64,000 bases of DNA, taken from positions 62,001 to 126,000 of the forward strand of contig NMRA01000344.1 in NCBI GenBank assembly GCA_002633005.1, written 5' to 3'. Positions 62,701 to 64,000 of this stretch are shown one piece after another (the stretch's first letter is position 1; every line of letters begins with the position of its first letter). This DNA is from Phoronis australis. Taxonomy: Eukaryota > Animalia > Phoronida. The translations under genes and the position numbers were made by a program. Below the pieces are notes generated by a model. The model saw nothing but the letters and a program-made list of their open reading frames with translations, did not search any database and was not told the DNA's origin.

Positions 62701-63530
62701 GTGCATTCCTTTCACTTTATTCGTGTTTGTTCGCAACCACTCGCTTTATCCAGACGTATATTCATTTGATCGTGATAACGTCTGCCAAACGTCGTCCTCA
62801 ACATAAGTATTGTCAATGCATGGCCTCCCCTTAAATTCTCCCAGATACCATTTGGCAGTTCGGGGTACGAATTACTGACTAAGCATATGCGCGCACCCAG
62901 GGGGCCTGGGGGGCCGAACGCACAATGCATAGGCCTTGATCAAACCCCGTTTACCGTATTTTTTAAGCAATAAGATCCACAAAACCAAAAATTCGAGATC
63001 CCTGCATCCCTACATTTTATGGCTGGCTTGTGGCGAAATTCTGGTTGTTCCTGTGCCCTGGCCCCTCCTAATTCAAAATCCTGGATCCACCCTCGTAGAT
63101 ACTACCTTGTTTGTAACCTTGGTCAAGTTATGGCATCCGGTGTCAAACGGTGTCTTTCGACCAGGTCCCTTCTTAAAATGTCGGAGTCAGCTCTAAGCTC
63201 TTGATTCAACAGTCTTGTGACGGAGCAAAGGAAAAACTTTGGCAAAAGACCGCCGCACTGAATGCAACACGTACTATGACGTTCTCCCTCGAAGTAGCAA
63301 CAAGGGATTCCGGCATGAATTCCTTTCAAAACTCAGTTTCAGACTGCTACTGTCAATATGCGTGAGAATTGCTTTGATGTGACAAGAGCATTGAAGAAAC
63401 TGAAACGGAATAAATGCAATTTGTGCAAGAGTAGTGAACACTTTTTCAAACCTTAGTGTCTGACCGTTCCACAACAGCTGTTCCATCAGGCAGATAATAC
63501 TTTTCGACAAAGTTCCGTGTAAGAAGTTTC
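1163..63530 (-). CDS. Multi-exon ADAM-like gene (partial at both ends): prodomain, degenerate metalloprotease domain, then at least 4 tandem disintegrin/Cys-rich modules
   Basis: 26 exons with AG/GT borders and mutually compatible phases, 3526 nt (1 nt + 1175 codons) with no internal stop. ADAM motifs in every exon (listed separately). That all exons form one transcript is inferred. Confidence 0.85.
3248..3409 (-). CDS. Module 4 disintegrin first half ([29 protein letters not shown]...[10 protein letters not shown])
   Basis: tttcag/GTAAAG, 162 nt, phase 0 to 0. Confidence 0.95.
4786..4830 (-). CDS. Module 3 Cys-rich end, no EGF ([15 protein letters not shown])
   Basis: atttag/GTAAGT, 45 nt, phase 0 to 0; CxxxxC. 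Confidence 0.85.
4917..5047. repeat. (CA)n microsatellite, imperfect
   Basis: Visible acacac run. Confidence 0.95.
5268..5430 (-). CDS. Module 3 Cys-rich exon b ([12 protein letters not shown]...[15 protein letters not shown])
   Basis: cgacag/GTAGGT, 163 nt, phase 2 to 0. Confidence 0.95.
6773..7452. repeat. 247-bp direct duplication (6773-7019 and 7206-7452) flanking a single N at 7205
   Basis: Copies identical except one substitution seen; second copy starts right after the N. Confidence 0.9.
8185..8357 (-). CDS. Module 3 Cys-rich exon a ([20 protein letters not shown]...[17 protein letters not shown])
   Basis: ttgtag/GTATGT, 173 nt, phase 0 to 2. Confidence 0.95.
9094..9228 (-). CDS. 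Module 3 disintegrin loop exon ([45 protein letters not shown])
   Basis: ttcaag/GTATGT, 135 nt, phase 0 to 0. Confidence 0.93.
9455..9603 (-). CDS. Module 3 disintegrin first half ([30 protein letters not shown]...[10 protein letters not shown])
   Basis: gtgtag/GTATGT, 149 nt, phase 1 to 0, matching the phase-1 end of the EGF exon. Confidence 0.95.
11792..11903 (-). CDS. Module 2 EGF second half ([37 protein letters not shown])
   Basis: tctcag/GTAAGT, 112 nt, phase 0 to 1; VCxNxxxCxCxxGxxPPxC...GGSxxSG. Confidence 0.95.
13019..13084 (-). CDS. Module 2 Cys-rich end plus EGF first half ([22 protein letters not shown])
   Basis: ccgcag/GTAAGT, 66 nt, phase 0 to 0; CSxHG. Confidence 0.9.
13344..15028 (+). 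pseudogene. THAP-domain N-terminus of a transposase, spliced (13344-13484, 14294-~14455, remnant ~14906-15028); DDE domain not seen
   Basis: [11 protein letters not shown]...FHKFP...KWIVNIRR | [12 protein letters not shown]...[10 protein letters not shown] (C2CH THAP signature); DHDY motif at 15017-15028. Confidence 0.85.
13790..13996. repeat. Array of AAAACTTAAGTT-like units in the THAP intron (MITE-like insert)
   Basis: About ten aacttaagtt variants in 200 bp. Confidence 0.6.
15581..17874 (-). pseudogene. SWIM-finger plus YqaJ/lambda-exonuclease gene, frameshifted (exons 17712-17874, 17336-17421, 15581-16815)
   Basis: [17 protein letters not shown]; [20 protein letters not shown]; GIENE; LGCSPD; LLEVKC; [15 protein letters not shown]; several frameshifts between ORF-track segments. 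Confidence 0.88.
19218..19407 (-). CDS. Module 2 Cys-rich exon b ([11 protein letters not shown]...[15 protein letters not shown])
   Basis: ccacag/GTTAAG, 190 nt, phase 2 to 0; DxxCGxLxC and GLVxxGTxCG. Confidence 0.95.
20794..20963 (-). CDS. Module 2 Cys-rich exon a ([20 protein letters not shown]...[17 protein letters not shown])
   Basis: gtccag/GTACGT, 170 nt, phase 0 to 2. Confidence 0.95.
21129..22383. mobile_element. Non-autonomous element with ~85-bp TG...CA inverted repeats and nested inserts
   Basis: tgatacgcagtaaaatgtaacaatttc vs reverse complement tgatacgccataaaatataacaatttc; flanks aggcta/cggcta (possible 6-bp TSD). Confidence 0.7.
21534..21800 (+). mobile_element. Helentron-associated (HINE/DINE-like) non-autonomous fragment
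   Basis: tttttgccccc...gggggcatattg small hairpin followed by gtctg/gtcc repeats and gattttcatgaaatttggcac. Confidence 0.5.
22693..22824 (-). CDS. Module 2 disintegrin loop exon ([44 protein letters not shown])
   Basis: ttttag/GTTTGT, 132 nt, phase 0 to 0. Confidence 0.95.
23756..23920 (-). CDS. Module 2 disintegrin first half ([35 protein letters not shown]...[10 protein letters not shown])
   Basis: atccag/GTAAAT, 165 nt, phase 0 to 0; GEECDCG. Confidence 0.95.
24162..24233 (-). CDS. Module 1 Cys-rich end plus first half of EGF ([24 protein letters not shown])
   Basis: ttgcag/GTTTGT, 72 nt, phase 0 to 0; CxxxxC...CxxxCxxH pattern. Confidence 0.85.
25336..26704. mobile_element. Kolobok-like non-autonomous DNA transposon
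   Basis: TTAA on both flanks (25332-25335, 26705-26708); TIR AGGAGAATG(C/A)CACCC 14/15. Confidence 0.8.
26753..26972. repeat. 22-bp minisatellite, 10 copies (tgagcctgagtatacatgatat)
   Basis: Direct reading; variant unit tgagcctgactatacataatat at copies 4 and 7. Confidence 0.95.
27087..27314. mobile_element. Harbinger/Tourist-like MITE, copy 1
   Basis: Ends cccgttccaac...ttggaacaggcc; homologous in inverted orientation to 50865-51112. Confidence 0.8.
28131..28332 (-). CDS. Module 1 Cys-rich exon b ([19 protein letters not shown]...[13 protein letters not shown])
   Basis: tcatag/GTGGGA, 202 nt, phase 2 to 0; CGxLxC and GMxxDGTxCG motifs. Confidence 0.93.
28889..28930. repeat. (TA)n microsatellite
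   Basis: Pure ta run. Confidence 0.95.
30063..30139 (-). other. tRNA-like Pol III A/B-box sequence (SINE-head-like)
   Basis: Minus strand TGGCTGAATGGTTAGC ... GGTTCGATAC; no intact cloverleaf. Confidence 0.4.
31042..31668 (+). pseudogene. Spliced SGNH/GDSL-hydrolase-like remnant
   Basis: After ttccag: [12 protein letters not shown]. After gttag: [19 protein letters not shown], then SSLLPRLD in a shifted frame (block I and III-like motifs). Confidence 0.55.
36803..39431 (+). mobile_element. hAT-like MITE (CAGGGGCGGATCC...ATCCGCCACTG) split by a nested insertion
   Basis: Flanks ccaccaac/ccaccaga (6/8, 8-bp TSD-like); related copies at ~49258-49412 and 62818-63094. Confidence 0.75.
36839..39164. 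mobile_element. 2.3-kb non-autonomous TIR element with ten GGGGTACGTACACTAC-like motifs and a ~325-bp internal duplication
   Basis: Perfect 21-bp TIR aaatcacaatcaaggtccata at both ends; motifs at ~37022-38585 all in the same orientation. Confidence 0.85.
39576..39739. repeat. ~164-bp imperfect palindrome (long hairpin)
   Basis: atagattattacatg...agtcgttatccccc...tctagagccc...gagggc[cgtta]gccct...gggctctaga...gggggataacgact...catgtaataatctat. Confidence 0.9.
39888..40233. other. Assembly gap (346 N)
   Basis: Run of n. Confidence 1.
40338..40408 (+). other. tRNA-like Pol III A/B-box sequence (SINE-head or pseudo-tRNA)
   Basis: TGGTGTAGTGGTT ... GGGTTCGACCCC; acceptor and anticodon stems do not pair convincingly. 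Confidence 0.5.
40642..40811 (-). CDS. Module 1 Cys-rich exon a ([20 protein letters not shown]...[17 protein letters not shown])
   Basis: ttccag/GTAAGT, 170 nt, phase 0 to 2; CYNGxC...CxxxxG...GxCG. Confidence 0.95.
40998..41132 (-). CDS. Module 1 disintegrin loop exon ([45 protein letters not shown])
   Basis: ttttag/GTAAGT, 135 nt, phase 0 to 0; CRxxxxxCDxxExCxGxxxxCP. Confidence 0.95.
43895..46240 (+). pseudogene. THAP plus Harbinger/ISL2EU-type DDE transposase remnant
   Basis: [18 protein letters not shown]...[19 protein letters not shown]; RKRLKPDA; [11 protein letters not shown]...GRCSDK...SGFL...VVASRGF (catalytic D lost); RIHVERA. Confidence 0.85.
46480..49063 (-). pseudogene. Very degraded second gene of the element (SAP-like start, YqaJ-like C-terminus)
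   Basis: LRLRKKG...[10 protein letters not shown]|gt near 48980-49060; [16 protein letters not shown] near 46695-46742; [11 protein letters not shown] near 46515-46547. Confidence 0.45.
50145..50409 (-). CDS. ADAM exon, end of metalloprotease domain plus disintegrin 1 first half ([10 protein letters not shown]...CLLNVP...[15 protein letters not shown]...[10 protein letters not shown])
   Basis: ctacag/GTAAGA, 265 nt, phase 2 to 0; WSxCS, CLxNxP and CGNGxVExxExCDCG motifs. Confidence 0.96.
50598..50757. repeat. Compound (TACA)n/(CA)n/(TA)n microsatellite
   Basis: Direct reading. Confidence 0.95.
50865..51112. mobile_element. Harbinger/Tourist-like MITE, copy 2
   Basis: TIR gggcctgttccaa / ttggaacgggtcc with CAG on both flanks (CWG-type 3-bp TSD). 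Confidence 0.85.
51620..51756 (-). CDS. ADAM exon with degenerate zinc-binding motif ([46 protein letters not shown])
   Basis: tttcag/GTAAGG, 137 nt, phase 0 to 2; AHEIGxxLGxxxD followed by CxC...CLM Met-turn. Confidence 0.95.
52594..52890 (-). repeat. 42-bp tandem repeat, 7 diverged units, one of which overlaps the 3' end and donor site of ADAM exon 52857-52944
   Basis: Plus-strand consensus acacttaccacggtggctcccaccgaatgactgaatacgcaa. Confidence 0.85.
52857..52944 (-). CDS. ADAM exon, metalloprotease domain ([29 protein letters not shown])
   Basis: tttcag/GTAAGT, 88 nt, phase 2 to 0, exactly bridging its neighbours; GTICxxxxSxxV motif; N-terminal half diverged. Confidence 0.8.
53026..53721. 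mobile_element. Mutator(MULE)-like MITE
   Basis: TIR ggattgttttaaaacctcctcgaccc / gggtcgagggggttttagaacaaccc; 9-bp flanks gctgaaaac/actgaaaac; further ends of this family at ~59502-59565 and 63865-63965. Confidence 0.8.
54198..54367 (-). CDS. ADAM exon, metalloprotease domain ([23 protein letters not shown]...DTTVLL-T)
   Basis: atgcag/GTAATA, 170 nt, phase 0 to 2; IALxGxEIWxxxDxI reprolysin motif. Confidence 0.95.
56480..56890 (-). mobile_element. Helentron-associated non-autonomous element (HINE-like)
   Basis: Minus strand begins with a small hairpin plus cgtccgtccggcgt repeats and ends ...catcttggccttcttgtt. Confidence 0.5.
57235..57306 (-). CDS. ADAM exon, metalloprotease domain ([24 protein letters not shown])
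   Basis: ttccag/GTGAGT, 72 nt, phase 0 to 0; RxxEIxNxV helix pattern. Confidence 0.92.
58113..58196 (-). CDS. ADAM exon, furin-type site and start of metalloprotease domain ([28 protein letters not shown])
   Basis: ttttag/GTAAGA, 84 nt, phase 0 to 0; R|LRR across the junction; RYVELxxxAD motif. Confidence 0.95.
59292..59460 (-). CDS. ADAM exon, prodomain end ([30 protein letters not shown]...EVNDR)
   Basis: ttccag/GTAAGC, 169 nt, phase 2 to 0; FLEP...HxVYR motif; contains no cysteine. Confidence 0.92.
60608..60690 (-). CDS. ADAM exon, prodomain ([28 protein letters not shown])
   Basis: ttccag/GTTAGT, 83 nt, phase 0 to 2; CYYQGxV...SxVALSTCxGLRG motif. Confidence 0.95.
60985..62511 (-). mobile_element. 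5'-truncated CR1/L2-type non-LTR retrotransposon (RT C-terminal half), frameshifted
   Basis: [71 protein letters not shown]; C-terminal [16 protein letters not shown]; 3' boundary approximate. Confidence 0.92.
62818..63094 (-). mobile_element. Uninterrupted copy of the hAT-like MITE family seen at 36803-39431
   Basis: Reverse complement gagggtggatccaggattttgaattaggagggg...accagaatttcg...ggtaaacggggtttg matches both halves of the split copy. Confidence 0.75.
63452..63530 (-). CDS. ADAM exon, prodomain ([26 protein letters not shown])
   Basis: ttgtag acceptor, GTTTGA donor, 79 nt, phase 2 to 0; LLxxxFxExxYxxDG prodomain pattern. Confidence 0.85.
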
Positions 63531-64000
63531 CTACAACAAAAGACAAAGTAGTGAATCGGTTGCAGGGCTGGGACTCCGACATTTCACTGAAAACCACCTA
63601 GGATGTTTCTAAGCGATTAGCATCATATTTCTTAGGCTAGGAAAGTCTGAAGGATGACATGAAAATATTCAAATACTCGTAACTAAGCTGTTGTGGTATA
63701 TTTTGCACAGGCTTTCTTTTGTAGCTGGTAAAAGGGTGATTCCAGAAAATCTGATTATCCTGGTTATACCTCTTATCGTTATAAAATTTGTCTGCAAACT
63801 GATAGATCGTTGGGAATGGATTCTTTGATTGTAAATATGTAACGTACGTGCCTAAAGCAATGAAGGATTGTTCTAATACCCCCTCGACCCCACAACCCAC
63901 GGCCTCCTCTACCCATCACCCCCTCGCGCCACGACCCCCACTACCCACAATCCGCTTGACCCAGCAGATTGATTATCTTTGCGCTTTTTACGCATTTCAT

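Noticed and set aside
63123-63329. Alternative prodomain exon ([11 protein letters not shown])
   Set aside because: In-frame stop before a donor; exon 63452-63530 fits motif and phase much better.
1163-63530. Assigning a vertebrate ADAM symbol (e.g. ADAM12 or ADAM22)
   Set aside because: Family-level motifs only; orthology cannot be determined without phylogeny.

Overview
Eukaryotic (invertebrate-like, AT-rich, repeat-dense) genomic DNA. The whole window lies inside one large minus-strand gene. I reconstructed it by eye as 26 GT-AG exons (63530 down to 1163; 3526 nt, about 1175 codons) whose splice phases all chain in frame; it is open at both window ends. It encodes an ADAM-family protein with an unusual layout: prodomain, furin-type site (RLRR), reprolysin-like domain with a broken zinc motif ([12 protein letters not shown] instead of HExxHxxGxxHD), then at least four tandem disintegrin/cysteine-rich modules. 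The first three modules end in a half, a complete and no EGF domain respectively, and no transmembrane exon appears in the window. The introns hold two decayed ISL2EU-like transposons (THAP/DDE plus YqaJ exonuclease) and a ~7 kb inverted-repeat element with a spliced SGNH-like remnant. They also hold a 5'-truncated CR1/L2-type LINE, a Harbinger Myb remnant, several MITEs, long palindromes, mini/microsatellites, a 346-bp N gap and one probable assembly duplication. All calls come from manual reading; no database searches were run.
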